Assembly: GCA_964016885.1 (NCBI GenBank)
Contig: OZ024741.1
Span: forward strand, 53,444,001-53,508,000
Length of the DNA: 64,000 nucleotides
Direction of reading: 5' to 3'
From: Eledone cirrhosa
Taxonomy: Eukaryota
Within the stretch, counting starts at the first letter, position 1. Each line of letters starts with the position of its first letter. The position numbers and the translations under genes are program-made. Positions 14,059-28,549 of the stretch are shown piece by piece. The notes below the pieces were generated by a model, which was not told the origin of the DNA, did no database searches, and saw nothing but the letters and a program-made list of their open reading frames with translations.

Positions 14059-14111
14059 CATACATACATACATAAAACATATATACATAGATACAAACCC
14101 ATATACATGCT

Positions 14112-14272
14112 CTGATGTAGAAGTCAGTTACCCACTCGATATCTATGTTGTGACAAAAGACAAGAGAAAGAGGATATCTACGGATCATTGATGCAGGACT
14201 TGCAAATCCAGTACCCAAGACACACACACATTCAGCATCGTCGCTATTTATAGTGGAGCTAGAGGATATATA
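14112..14272 (+). mobile_element. Possible fragment of an RLE-endonuclease non-LTR element (C-terminus)
   Basis: Degenerate reading VEVSYPLDIYVVTK..EKEDIYGSLMQDLQIQYP..GARGYI resembles the region following the PD-(D/E)xK core of NeSL/Hero-like ORFs. Confidence 0.4.
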
Positions 14273-14279
14273 GCAATCC

Positions 14280-14835
14280 ACCTGGACCCAACATTCCTGA
14301 AGACCCACGTCTGTTGGAATTCACGTGCAGAAATCGTAGGGGTTCACGGTTGAATATTTTCTTCGGCCTCTGGACAATTCCGTGCCCTAGACACGTTCAT
14401 TGACGCCTGCCATCGAGCATTAAACCGGTGCAACACCTGCCGGGCTGAAACCCCCCCCCCTCTGTCAGCGTGATAACATCGTCATCAAACCAACTGACAA
14501 AGGGTCGTTTGGCGCACTGACCTCTACAAAACCGAGGCGTTACAGCAACTCTGCAATCTCCTCGTTTATCGTCTTCGGCTTTCTGACCCTATCACTCTCT
14601 ACCAGCAACAAGTTTCCTCCATGTTTGGAAACTCATCGCCCCGTCCTTCCTACCCTACAGAGTCGTTTATCGTCTTCGGCTTTCTGATCCTATCACTCTC
14701 TACTAGCAACAGGTTTTCTCCATGTTCGGAAACTCATCGCCCCGTCCTTCCTACCCTACACAACCACCAACCTTATTGTCCACACATACTATTGAGTATT
14801 TCATCTGACGAAACATCTGAAACTGTAGTTACACT
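14280..14835 (+). mobile_element. Penelope-like element fragment with ~95-bp internal tandem duplication
   Basis: [27 protein letters not shown] matches the IVIKPADKG signature upstream of PLE RT. 14562-14659 is duplicated at 14664-14760. Confidence 0.7.
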
Positions 14836-14947
14836 CATTTATACCATATATGTGCATATGTGCGTGTGTGTGTGTGCGTGTATGTATGTGTATGTGTGTG
14901 TGAGTGTGTGTGTGCGTGTGTGTGTGTATATGCGTGTGCCTCTGTCT

Positions 14948-14990
<43 letters not shown>

Positions 14991-15164
14991 CTTTATGGTA
15001 ATTAACTGTTGCATGCCGGTAGAGAAGGTGGTGTATCAATATGTAAAAGGAGGAGGAATGTGTTTAAGGATTTTGAAGAAAGCAAGTACATTGATCATCG
15101 TATTGCGGTAATGATTAAATAATTAACTGAGATCAACATTAGCGGCAGAAGTAATACTATAATG

Positions 15165-15168
15165 GTAC

Positions 15169-15231
<63 letters not shown>

Positions 15232-15331
15232 TAGTAGTGGTAGTAGTATCAGTAGTAGTGGTGGTGGTGGTGGTGGTGCTGGTAGTAGTGGTGGAGGTAT
15301 AGTAGTAGTAGTAGTGGTGGTGCTGGTGCTG

Positions 15332-15395
<64 letters not shown>

Positions 15396-15974
15396 GAGGA
15401 GGAGGAGGAGGAGGAGGAGGAGGAGGAGGTGGAGGAGAAGGAAATGGACGAGGAGGAGGAGAGAGAAAAAATCAGATTGTGGCTGCTGAGGTGTTGGAGG
15501 TGGTGGTGGTTGGATGATGATGATGATGATGAAGATTGCGATAATGACGGGGACCTTGATGTTATATATGTAGTTGATGATGATGATGATGATGATGACG
15601 ATGTCGAGCTTTGTTACTGCCGAATCACGCAACTGCTGTAATACTCCTCTATAGCAATGATGAAAGTGTGTCGATTAAAAAAAGACGAACAAAACAATAA
15701 GAAGAAACATAAAATACAACAACAATAACAACAACAAAATGACGAACAACAAAAAACAAACATCGATTTATACATCAACTACAACAGCGGGGACGATGAT
15801 ATCGATGACAAGAAGAAGAAGAAGAAGAAGAAGAAGAAGAAGAAGAAGAAGAAGAAGAAGAAGAAGAACAAGAACAAGAACAACAACAATAACACCACCA
15901 CCACCAACACCACCACCACCACCACCACCACCAACAACAATACCGCCAACAACAATACCAACAATACCAGCAAC

Positions 15975-16006
<32 letters not shown>

Positions 16007-16400
16007 CACCAACAACACCAACATTAACAACAACAACAACACCAACATCAACAACAACAGTTACTATAAAATCATTAAGAGATAAGAAGAAGACAATTAG
16101 AGCAGGACGACCAGCATAAAGAGCCAGAATTACGCAACAGCAATGAAAAAACCCACCACAGTCACTTACAGCAGCGGTGGGTGAGTTGTTGAGAAGAGAG
16201 ATAGGGAGGAGGTGGTGGAGGTGTAGGAGGAGGGGGAAGGGGAGGAGGAGGAGGAGAAGAAGAAGAAGAAGAAGAAGAAGAAGAAGAAGAGAGAAGAAGA
16301 AGAAGAAGAAGAAGAAGAAGAAGAAGAAGAAGAAGAAGAAGAGAAGAAGAAGAAGAAGAAGAAGAAGAAGAAGAAGAAGAAGAAGAAGAAGAAGAAGGAC
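15165..16400. repeat. Mixed triplet microsatellites (AGT, GGT, GGA, GAT, AAG, ACC/AAC)
   Basis: Directly visible. Confidence 0.95.
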
Positions 16401-16467
16401 AGCACCATTTATAAGAGTTAAACAACCAGATTATCAACATTAATATTCCTAGAATTAAACAACGATA

Positions 16468-16771
16468 ATGATTTCTTATATAGGCACAAGGTCAGTAATT
16501 TTGGGGGAGGGGGAAAGACGATTGAATCGACCCCAATGCATGACTGGTACTGCCAATCCACCGCCCTAGGGATAGGCAATAATTGTTTCTACTTTTGGCA
16601 CAAGGCCAGCAATTATCCCAGTGCATTACTAGTACTTTATTTTATCGACTCCGTAAGGATGAAAGGCAAAGTTAACCTCGGCGGGATTTGAACTCAGACC
16701 ATATAGGGGCGTAACTCTATCCGGGAAAGCATGGCGTCCGACCCTCTACCGATACTGCCAATTCACCGCCC
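16468..16771 (-). mobile_element. Two tandem tRNA-SINE copies (internally deleted 16468-16570; full 16580-16771)
   Basis: Reverse-complement match to the SINE family, including GGGATTTGAACTC (B box) and CCGATACTGCCAA (A box). Confidence 0.88.
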
Positions 16772-18002
16772 AACTTTAAACAATACGTATTCCTCAATAG
16801 GGAGTTTTTAAATCAAGGTTAGACTTGGTGCGAATAAACAAAATAACAAAAATTTCTCCGGAGCCGATGTGAAGCGTAGTATCAACCTCAGAGGTCAGTA
16901 ATAATAGTAATGGTTTCTATTATAGTCACATGGTCAACAATTGGGATGAGGGGAAAGTCGATTGAGACGACCACAGTGCGTTCTAGTAAATTATTTTATC
17001 AAGGAATAGTAAGACCAGCATTACTAGTATAAACGCCACAGAACTATCAAGGAGAAAAATTATAACAATAACAACAATAGTAAGATGAACAATGCAATAA
17101 CACCAACAACAGTATTAAGAGGGTCAGAAATATGGACAACATAAAACAATGATTACACCAACAGCAGCAACAACCACGACGTACGTAGACGATAGCAACA
17201 AAGACAAAAAACCATAACCACAAATACGATGCCAATAGCAACAACAACAACAATGACGAGACTACTAAACATCAACAACAACAACTAGAAAAAATACGAA
17301 AACAACAGAAACAATAGCAGATACAGCAAGAACTACAAGAAAAATAGTCGAATAAAAAAAAGAATGTTAAAAAAGTTAAACGTATCAAATATATCATCAC
17401 ACTACAAGATGGCCGACTACGAGAGAATCTCCCGAAGGAATAGAAGGAGAGGGAGGATAATGAGAAGGAAGGAGAAAGAAGTGGGGATGATTTGTGGGGT
17501 GAAAAACGGACTCTTTTACCTCCAAGAATATTTCTCTGGTAAACAGGAAATTAATTGAAATCAAAAGACATAATCAATTCATTCATTTTCTCGTAGTTTC
17601 GCTCATTTTATTTTTCTCTTTGGATATTTTCTTCCTTTATTTTTATGTCTTTTTCTTCTTCTTTCTATATTTCTTCGTCTTATTTGATCCTGCGCCTTCA
17701 TTTTACCTGCTTTAGTTATTCGTCAACTTTCATCTTCATTTTCCTCCTTTCTTTCTTTGTTATCATTTTATCTAATTTATTTTATGTTTTTATTGTTTTG
17801 AGCCATTAAGCGGAATATGAGATTTTCTTGCAAATCTTCATTATTTTAGATATTTTATCTGCAGTGTTTTCTTGCTCTTGTGGTTATTGTTGTCTTTATT
17901 ATTACTTTCTTGATTTGGGTGTTGTGCAGGTTTTGGTTTCGGATATCGGGTTTTTTTTCCATTAAAACATTATTATTATTTGACGATTTATCACGACCAA
18001 CT

Positions 18003-18367
18003 TTGATGTTGCTTTGGGCTGGTTGTTTTAGGGAATACCAGGCTACAACTAGTAACCTAGGGTAATTCCAACTTTGGGCTGTTAATTTAGGGAATACCTG
18101 GCTACAACTAGTAACCTAGGGTAACTCCAACTTTGGGTCGGTTTTTAGGGAATACAGAGCTACAACTAGTAACCTAGGGTAACTCTAGCTTTCGGTCGGT
18201 TATTTTAGGGAATACCAGGTCACAACTAGTAACCTAGGGAAACACCAACTTTGGGCCGGTTTTTAGGGAATACAGAGCTACAACTAGTAACCTAGGGTAA
18301 CTCTAGCTTTCGGTCGGTTATTTTAGGGAATAACAGGTCACAACTAGTAACCTAGGGTAACTCCAAC
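18003..18367. repeat. Tandem repeat, ~59-bp unit x6, later units alternating as a ~118-bp dimer
   Basis: Core TTTAGGGAATAC....ACAACTAGTAACCTAGGG(T/A)AA recurs six times. Confidence 0.92.
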
Positions 18368-18400
18368 ATCGTCATGTAATGCCTTGTATTTCACTACTGT

Positions 18401-18864
18401 TGGTAGTCCAGAACATTTCCCAATATTTGGGCTATTTCCAGTAGACAAGTCTTCTGGAGCCGTTCAATCCCTGGTGCACAGTCTATTTTAGACAAGTAGT
18501 TTTCAAGGTTCTTTGTCACATGCCAAGAGCACAAATCACTATTGAGATAATTGTTTCTACTTTAGGCACAAGGCCAGCAATTACCCAGTTCATTACTGGT
18601 ACTTTATTTTATCGACCCCGTAAGGATAAAAGGCAAAGTCAACCTCGGCGGGATTTGAACTCAGATCGTAAAGGGACGTAACTATGCTGGAAAGCATGGC
18701 GTCCGACCCTCCACCGATACTGCCAATCCACCGCCCTTTGGCATGTGACAAAGAACCTTGAAAACTACTTGTCTAAAATAGACTGTGCACCAGGGATTGA
18801 ACCGCTCCGGAAGACTTGTCTACTGGAAATAGCCCAAATATTGGGAAATGTTCTGGACTACCAC
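18401..18864. repeat. ~125-bp inverted repeat arms (18401-18526 and 18738-18864) around a SINE
   Basis: TGGTAGTCCAGAAC...CACATGCCAA and its near-perfect reverse complement TTGGCATGTG...GTTCTGGACTACCA. Confidence 0.93.
18552..18737 (-). mobile_element. tRNA-derived SINE, full length
   Basis: Family match with A and B boxes. 15-bp TSD CACTATTGAGATAAT at 18537-18551 and 18862-18876. Confidence 0.92.
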
Positions 18865-18889
18865 TATTGAGATAATGGTGACTGTCTTC

Positions 18890-20945
18890 ACTTCATTACT
18901 CCAGTATTTCATGAATACAACACCATCACCACTATCTCCATCATGTCCAGAGCCTAAAAAAAAAAACAATCAAAAACAGCAACAGCACAAAAAAATGACT
19001 CTACTGCCGATGACTTGTTGCAAAAGTTTAACAAAGATAAGAATGACTCAGATGGCGCCCAAAATAGCTATTCTCTGGCTAGTGGCAGCTGTCCTCATCG
19101 ACGTTGAGGATAACACACAAAGTCAAGTCAAAAAAATCAAACTGAAAAAACTTGTCAGAACAGTGAAATCAAGAAAATGTCGCCGTAACAGTAGAGAGGA
19201 AAAAGAATAATCACCACACGTACAAAAACACACCTGCTGGCCTTATGCTCTCAACAAACCACAGACTTGACAAGATCTCCACTCCTGCCTACGCCAAATC
19301 CCACAATATTAACAAAAACTCACAAACATCAATGAGAGCAGCAGCAACAGTAGCTCAAACATCATCTGCCACGCCAGAACCAACCACAACACATCCAACA
19401 ACACTGCAAAGGAAAGATATGCGCCTCCCTAACTTGGCACATTCAGACATGAATGTAGTCATGGGGACGAGTGGGAAGCTTAATAAAAAAAAGGAAAAAA
19501 TTAAAAACTTCGCCCTCAAATAAGAAAAAAAAACCCAAACACATCACAAACATATGACATACAACACCAATCTTTAGACTACCACCAAACCCATCATCAC
19601 TACTACTACCACCACTAACCCAACATTTATGAACAGGCTCAACACAACAACGGACGCCAACAACAACATCCCAAACAAAACAAAACCCTAATCTGCAAAA
19701 AAGAAACAAAAACGCAAGCCCCCCCCCCCCCCCCCCCCCACAAACTCCACACATTGCACAGCCATAAATACAAACAACCAGAAATTAATGCAACACTTAA
19801 GACACAAGACTTCACTTACAGGAACTGATTACATCACCCCTAAAAAGATTACACTAACCGCATACAAATCATACATATCACGCAAGAAATACACACCAAA
19901 TTAAACGAAATATTCCCCAATGCAATTGGGGATATGGGCCATACAATCCAAACAGATATACTTCGACATGCTTCTGGAGGTGCCAACAACTGGCCGGAGG
20001 ATGAGATCATCACACACGCAGCCCTCCACATGAACAGGGTAAGTAATGCTTTCTCATTTGCCTTATACTTTATATAAGATGGCTTTACTCAGAATAGGCA
20101 GTATAGGCACGTGGCCTCGGGTCGGCATGGAGGCAAGGTCACATGCTCAACGACTACAAGTCACTGACGATAGAGGCGGTGGCCATCAGTGAGACCAGAA
20201 TTTTTGGTGGCTACGAGGTGTATGCATCTCCAAGCTGTCCAGATTCTGTGGTGGAGTCACTGTGTTACTTCGGAAAGGCTCGGATCTCACGATATGTACC
20301 GTCGTCCTGGACCCAGTTGGTACGTTGGTGGTGCTGGACGTGACCAGCAGCGAAGTATACGTTTTCAGGCGCCTCGACACCTTTCTACGAACGTCCCTCT
20401 CTTTAGTGTTAGTGAGTGACAGGGATGGTATCTTAGATGCAAGCTGGGACTGTGTGTAGCTAGTAGATAGAGGAAGAGGGTGTAAAAGCCTTGCTAACTG
20501 CTCAGGCATTACAACTATCTGTCAGGTACGGAATGGAGATTCCAAATGTGTCAATGTGGACATGGACAAACCGCATCGAATCATCCAGATCGTATCTAGG
20601 GTATTTTGAAGAGAAATAAATAAACCTAGCATAGGCCCTATAGAATTCAATGCATTCGACTTCACAGACAACAATTTAGTGATCTGTACAGTCGATGTAG
20701 ATAACTTTCATAAACAGGGACTTGGTTACTGGAAGCTGAATGCGTACTTTCCTACTGACACTGGATTAATGAATTAATTAAGCGGGCGTTGACGAGGACA
20801 ATAGTCAACAACAAATGGTGGTTCACCCTGAAAAGAACGATTAGAGTAGAACCGATAAGTTTTAGTAAAGGAGTAGCAAGAGAGAAAATTAAACTAAAGG
20901 GTAAAGCTAGTTAGAAAGCTGGAAGAGGTTCCTTTTGCGGCAAAG
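18890..20945 (+). mobile_element. Tx1/L1-clade element, copy D (decayed ORF1 + endonuclease part of ORF2), old
   Basis: ATG GCT TTA CTC AGA ATA GGC at 20079. HMLND, AISETRI, VLDPVGTLVVLDV, WTWTNR and GYWKLN remnants. The ORF1 boundary is approximate. Confidence 0.82.
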
Positions 20946-20994
20946 GTAGTGTTATTTTTGTTGAAAAACAACAAACTTAGAAGTGTAATAATAA

Positions 20995-21346
20995 TGATTT
21001 GTGATATAGGCACAAGGCCAGCAATTTTGAGGGAGGGGAAAGTCGATTAAATCGACCCCCGTGAGTTACTAGTACTTTATTTTATCGACCCCGTAAGGAT
21101 GAAATGCAAAGCTAACCTCAGCAAGATTTGAACTCAGAACGTAAAGGGAAGTAACTATATTCCACAGACTGAGGCATAGAGTTACGTCCCTTTACGTTCT
21201 GAGTTCAAATCACGTCGAGGCTAGCTTTGCCTTTCACCCTTACATTGTCGATAAAATAAAGTACCAGTAATGCACTGGGGTTGATTCAATCGACGTTCTC
21301 CTCCCCCAAAATTGCTGGCCTTGTGCCTAAAGTGGAAACAATTATT
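20995..21346. mobile_element. Head-to-head inverted pair of 5'-truncated tRNA-SINEs (- 20995-21160; + 21174-21346)
   Basis: Both match the SINE body from just upstream of the B box to the 3' end, in opposite orientation. Confidence 0.88.
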
Positions 21347-21899
21347 GTCGTTGTTTTTTCCTATTTTTGTTGAAGATATATTTTTTGTTATTGATGTGTA
21401 GACCTCTTTAATATGGCTCCGGAGATTGGATTTACCACATTATACTTCATAGAACCTATTTTTTTTAGATTATTTTGCGAAGAGAAGGTTTTAGAGTATT
21501 TAAGTAGCCACACACGTAACGAGAAATAGGGAAATATAATTCTTCCTTTGACATCATTTTTATTTTATATATTTAATTTTCTTTTTCTTTGAAATTAATA
21601 TGGTTTTCTATAGAAGAGCATAAAGAGTTGCTTCTCAAAAATGTGGTAGCAGAAAATATTCACCCCAAAATTTGAAAAGAAATTTGTTTGAAATTTGAAA
21701 AATATATGCAACGTTGCAGAAATCAGAATAGAAAAAGACAGTTGTATAGATAGACACATCTTTAGAAATATGCATACGAACTTTAATACAGACAAGTCAT
21801 CTAAATAGGATTCATCATAACGCAGGCAATTCTATTGACAGGACATCGTTTCCTGTCGTAGCAAGTCAGAAAGAAATACTGAACATAATCGACAGTAGA

Positions 21900-22420
21900 A
21901 AGTTAGGCGTGATAGGTATGCCAAAGTGCTTTCTTATTCAACGTATTAATCCAGATAAGGATTAATAAAAACGTGACATATCTCAAATGACATGTCTTTC
22001 GCCCAATAACATAGAACAGCTCTGTTTCAGTAGTCCATTACGTTAACGGAATACTGAAATATAATCTAAGAGAAAGGCACCAAATCCCAAAGCGACATGC
22101 GACATCTTTGAATGGATGTCAGAAGTCTTGTCTAATTATCGCCATTGGTGGAAGTTCCTCACAGGAAATTTCCAGAAATCTGAGTTAACTGAAAGGTACA
22201 ACCAATAAAATTTACTCTAGAATGTTCATTCTAATATATTTATTGAGCTAATTAAATCGCGGAGCAATTACACTTAAATAAACAAAAGATCAAAAGTTGC
22301 AGTACAGGCAGTAAAACGAGCTGATATTACAAGTGCAACTGCGGACATTGGATTTTCAGTGATTTTTCGAATTATCGTGAGAAATATCGCAGCCATAAAT
22401 CTCGTGTGAGACGATATGAA
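21900..22420 (+). mobile_element. Possible highly decayed hAT transposase C-terminus
   Basis: ITSATADIGFSVIFRI near 22325-22375 resembles the hAT dimerisation motif (TSAxxERxFS). Nothing else is diagnostic and the extent is a guess. Confidence 0.3.
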
Positions 22421-22900
22421 AATTGAAATAATGTGAAAGTATTTACTAATTACTTTACTATAAATATGAAGTGTATTTCGTGTATTGTGTGGCCTTTGCT
22501 TTCGTTTGTGCACATAAAAATGTTTGTGTATAGATACATACCTAAATACACACACGGATGCACCCCCCCCCCCACACACACACACATACATACATACATA
22601 TATTTTTTTTATATATATACTAGGTGATTCAATGTATTACTAGACATGATACTGATATGATTAGAGGTAGTGTATAAAATAAGAAAGGAACCCAATGAAG
22701 TTTCGTTTATATGTGTTTATGATTATCGACCTGTTATGAACATTTCACAGATGAATGGTGAACTTGAACTAATTATCTGTGAAACACCGCGTGACAGGTT
22801 GATAAAAATAAAAAACATATAAATATATAAACGAAACGTCGTTTTCTCTTCTTATACACACACACACACACACGCACCCATATATATATATATTTATATA

Positions 22901-22938
<38 letters not shown>

Positions 22939-23699
22939 GCATGTCTCGGATATGCATGACTCACTTAATTTAATATTGGATATATACACGGCCCCTTGAT
23001 TGTAGAGCTAACTCAGTTGAAAGGACTCGGCTGCTATTTCTAGCTGTCGATAATCCTATTCACCCCACTGGGATAACGTTGGCACGATGTGTGTAGTTTT
23101 AGAAATGCAACACGTGCGACGGGTCATTCGCAGATTTGCATTTGATGTGTAAACACAGATAGTTAAATCTTCTCCCTTGCTGATGATCCGTATTTGACTA
23201 CTGTGAGTTTACGGATTAATGGTGAAATATAGCTCTTTAATGAAATATATATAAGTAAGGTTAATCATTTTTAAAAGGTATCTATATTTGAAGTTCTAGT
23301 TAAACTTTAATTAGTTACCTACCTAGCTGTGTGTGCTTACACACTTTACAAATTATCCCCTGTGATTGTTTCATGTGTTTATTTATATATATATATATAT
23401 GCCAATCAATTTCTAGTTGATATATATATATATATATGATATACCTACGCAAACACTCTCATACATACATTCAAATTCAAATACACATATATACATTCAT
23501 ACACACACAAATCAACAAATATATACACCCATATAATGGTATAGGCTGAGAAAAGAAAAAAACAAGAGAGAGAGAGAGAAAGAGAGAGAGAGAAAGAGAG
23601 ACCCATTACTTTTTCTATATTATTAAGTCATATTGATGATGATGAAGATATTACTATAATTATCCTCCATCGACGTCATTACTGTACACACACAATCAT

Positions 23700-23752
23700 G
23701 TAGTAGTAGTAGTAGTAGTAGTAGTAGCAGCAGCAGCAGCAGCAGCAGCAAC

Positions 23753-23793
<41 letters not shown>

Positions 23794-23842
23794 CAGTAGT
23801 AGCAATAGTAGTAGTAGTAATAGTAGTAGTAGTAGCGGTAGC

Positions 23843-23874
<32 letters not shown>

Positions 23875-24455
23875 AAGTAGTAGTAGTAGCAACAGCAGTA
23901 GTAGTAGTAGTTGTTGTTGTTGTTGTTGCTGTTGTGATTCTAGTTATTAATTTAGAACACAATATCGTACGTAATTAAATATATATTTCTTTAATTATAT
24001 ATATTCTCTCCCACCAAACCCCTTGCCAACCGCCACCTTCCACTAATAACCTACCTACTTTCCTCAAAGCAAGCCACGCGCCATCAACAAGTTTTACCAT
24101 TACTACCACCAGGATCGCTCTTACGCCGATGACGATGAGGATGACAGCCATAACTAATTGCACAGTCTTCACCATTACCATTAACCCCTTACACTCTTAA
24201 CGCTCACGTCTACCTTCACTTCATTCTTCTCCTCCTCATCACGATCATCATTGTCGTCTCGCCCTTTTCCTCCTCCACCACCACCACCTTCACCACCTTC
24301 ACATCATCATCATCACCATCATCATTATTATCAATATCATCATCATCACCATCATCATCATTATTATCATCATCATCATCATCATCACCATCATCATCAT
24401 TATTATCATCACCATCATCATCACCATCATCATCATTATTATCATCATCATAATT
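23700..24455. repeat. (AGT/AGC)n and (CAT)n triplet tracts
   Basis: Directly visible. Confidence 0.92.
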
Positions 24456-24920
24456 ATCAACAAATAGAACTAGTAATAAAAAAAGCAGCATTAGCATCGT
24501 TTACAGAAGCTGAATTACAAAGAAATTTACTCTAATAAAGTGGAAAATTGGCCGATCCAAAGAAGAAAAACAAGGAGTAAAAATAGAAAGAAAGCAAGAA
24601 AGAAAAAAAGAAAGAAAGAAAGTATGGATAAATGGAAAAAAAAATCCAGAAATTTACAATTTATCTACGTTTCCATTTTAAGAAAATGAAAGAGAAAAAA
24701 AAATTAAAGAGCAAAAGCAAAGAAGGGTTGGGAAGGAGTGACAGACTGTAAAACCCAGTCTAGGGGATATATCTTAGCTACATTCCGCTGACAATGTGGC
24801 GAATGCATTGCCGCGGTGAACAGCCTGCGTTACACACTGCATCAGCCGTTCTACCTCAAAGGTCTCCCTCTTCACGCTAGACGCTCTCATGGTTTTGCAG
24901 AAGAAAATGGCTTATTATCA

Positions 24921-25240
24921 TTGGATTGGCAGTAACGGTAGAGCGTCAGACAACATGCATCGAGGAATAGAGTTACGGCTCTTTACGCTCTGAGTTCAAA
25001 TTCCCCTGATGTTAGCTTTGCCTTTCGTTCTTACGTGGTCAATAAAAATAAAGTACCAGTAATACACTGAAGTCCCCTTCAAATTGCTGGCTTTGTGCCT
25101 CAAGTAAAAATAATTGTTATACCAGGGCTGTGGATTGAAAGAAACGTTAGAACCCGGGACAAAATGCTTTGCGAATTTTCACGTTCTGAGTTCAAATACT
25201 GCCGAGGTTAACCCGGTCTTTTATCCTCACTGGATCAATA
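24921..25240 (+). mobile_element. Two older tRNA-SINE copies in tandem
   Basis: TTGGCAGTAACGGTAGAG...GAGTTCAAATT...AATAAAGTACCAG; second GAGTTCAAATAC at ~25188. Confidence 0.75.
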
Positions 25241-25322
25241 CAATTAAGCTCTAGGATAGATTTAATCGAATTTCCTCTTCGCTTAAAATTAATGTGATGT
25301 GCCAAAAGTAGAAACATTTAAT

Positions 25323-25984
<662 letters not shown>

Positions 25985-26254
25985 TTTGCATGACAACAAT
26001 GTGTAATGTTGGACATTGTCTCTCCATTCCGATATATTAAAATGCGCTATGACCTCTTATGATTGTCTTCCATCATTTTATCATTATTTTTTCCTACAAT
26101 GAAAGCAGAATTTAAAATATTCTATGATCGATACTATTGGAATATACAACTTAGTTCCAAAACTGTTGAATATCTGAGGGACATAGCACCGAGAGGATGC
26201 TAACATAGGAATAAAATGTCGTTTAATGAAAATTGAAAAAATGAAACTTTAGCA

Positions 26255-28228
<1,974 letters not shown>

Positions 28229-28549
28229 TTAAACTTCAAAGCTTAGTTACAACATAACAGAAGACGAACTAAAAATTGCAGACAATAACAAATATAAAAC
28301 AATATGAAAACCAAATATTCAAATTAAAAACAAAATATAACAACACCTAGGACACACAAAACAGTGTGTGTAAGAGTGAAATAGGAACCCCTACATAATA
28401 TATATTTAACAACAATACACAATATATAGGAACAGAAGCAGCCCCTGCACCACCAACTCCACATTGAACAAAATAAATATGAAAACAAATACAATAACAA
28501 TATCATCACCACCATCAAAACCACAACAGACATCAATAATATACACAAG

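Noticed and set aside
16680-16771. tRNA genes at A/B-box motifs
   Set aside because: No complete cloverleaf; always fused to the same SINE body
18025-18330. Telomeric repeat (TTAGGG) array
   Set aside because: Only one TTAGGG per 59-bp unit, with no tandem hexamers
18003-18367. CRISPR-like array
   Set aside because: Intervening segments are mutually homologous rather than unique spacers; no cas genes; eukaryotic context
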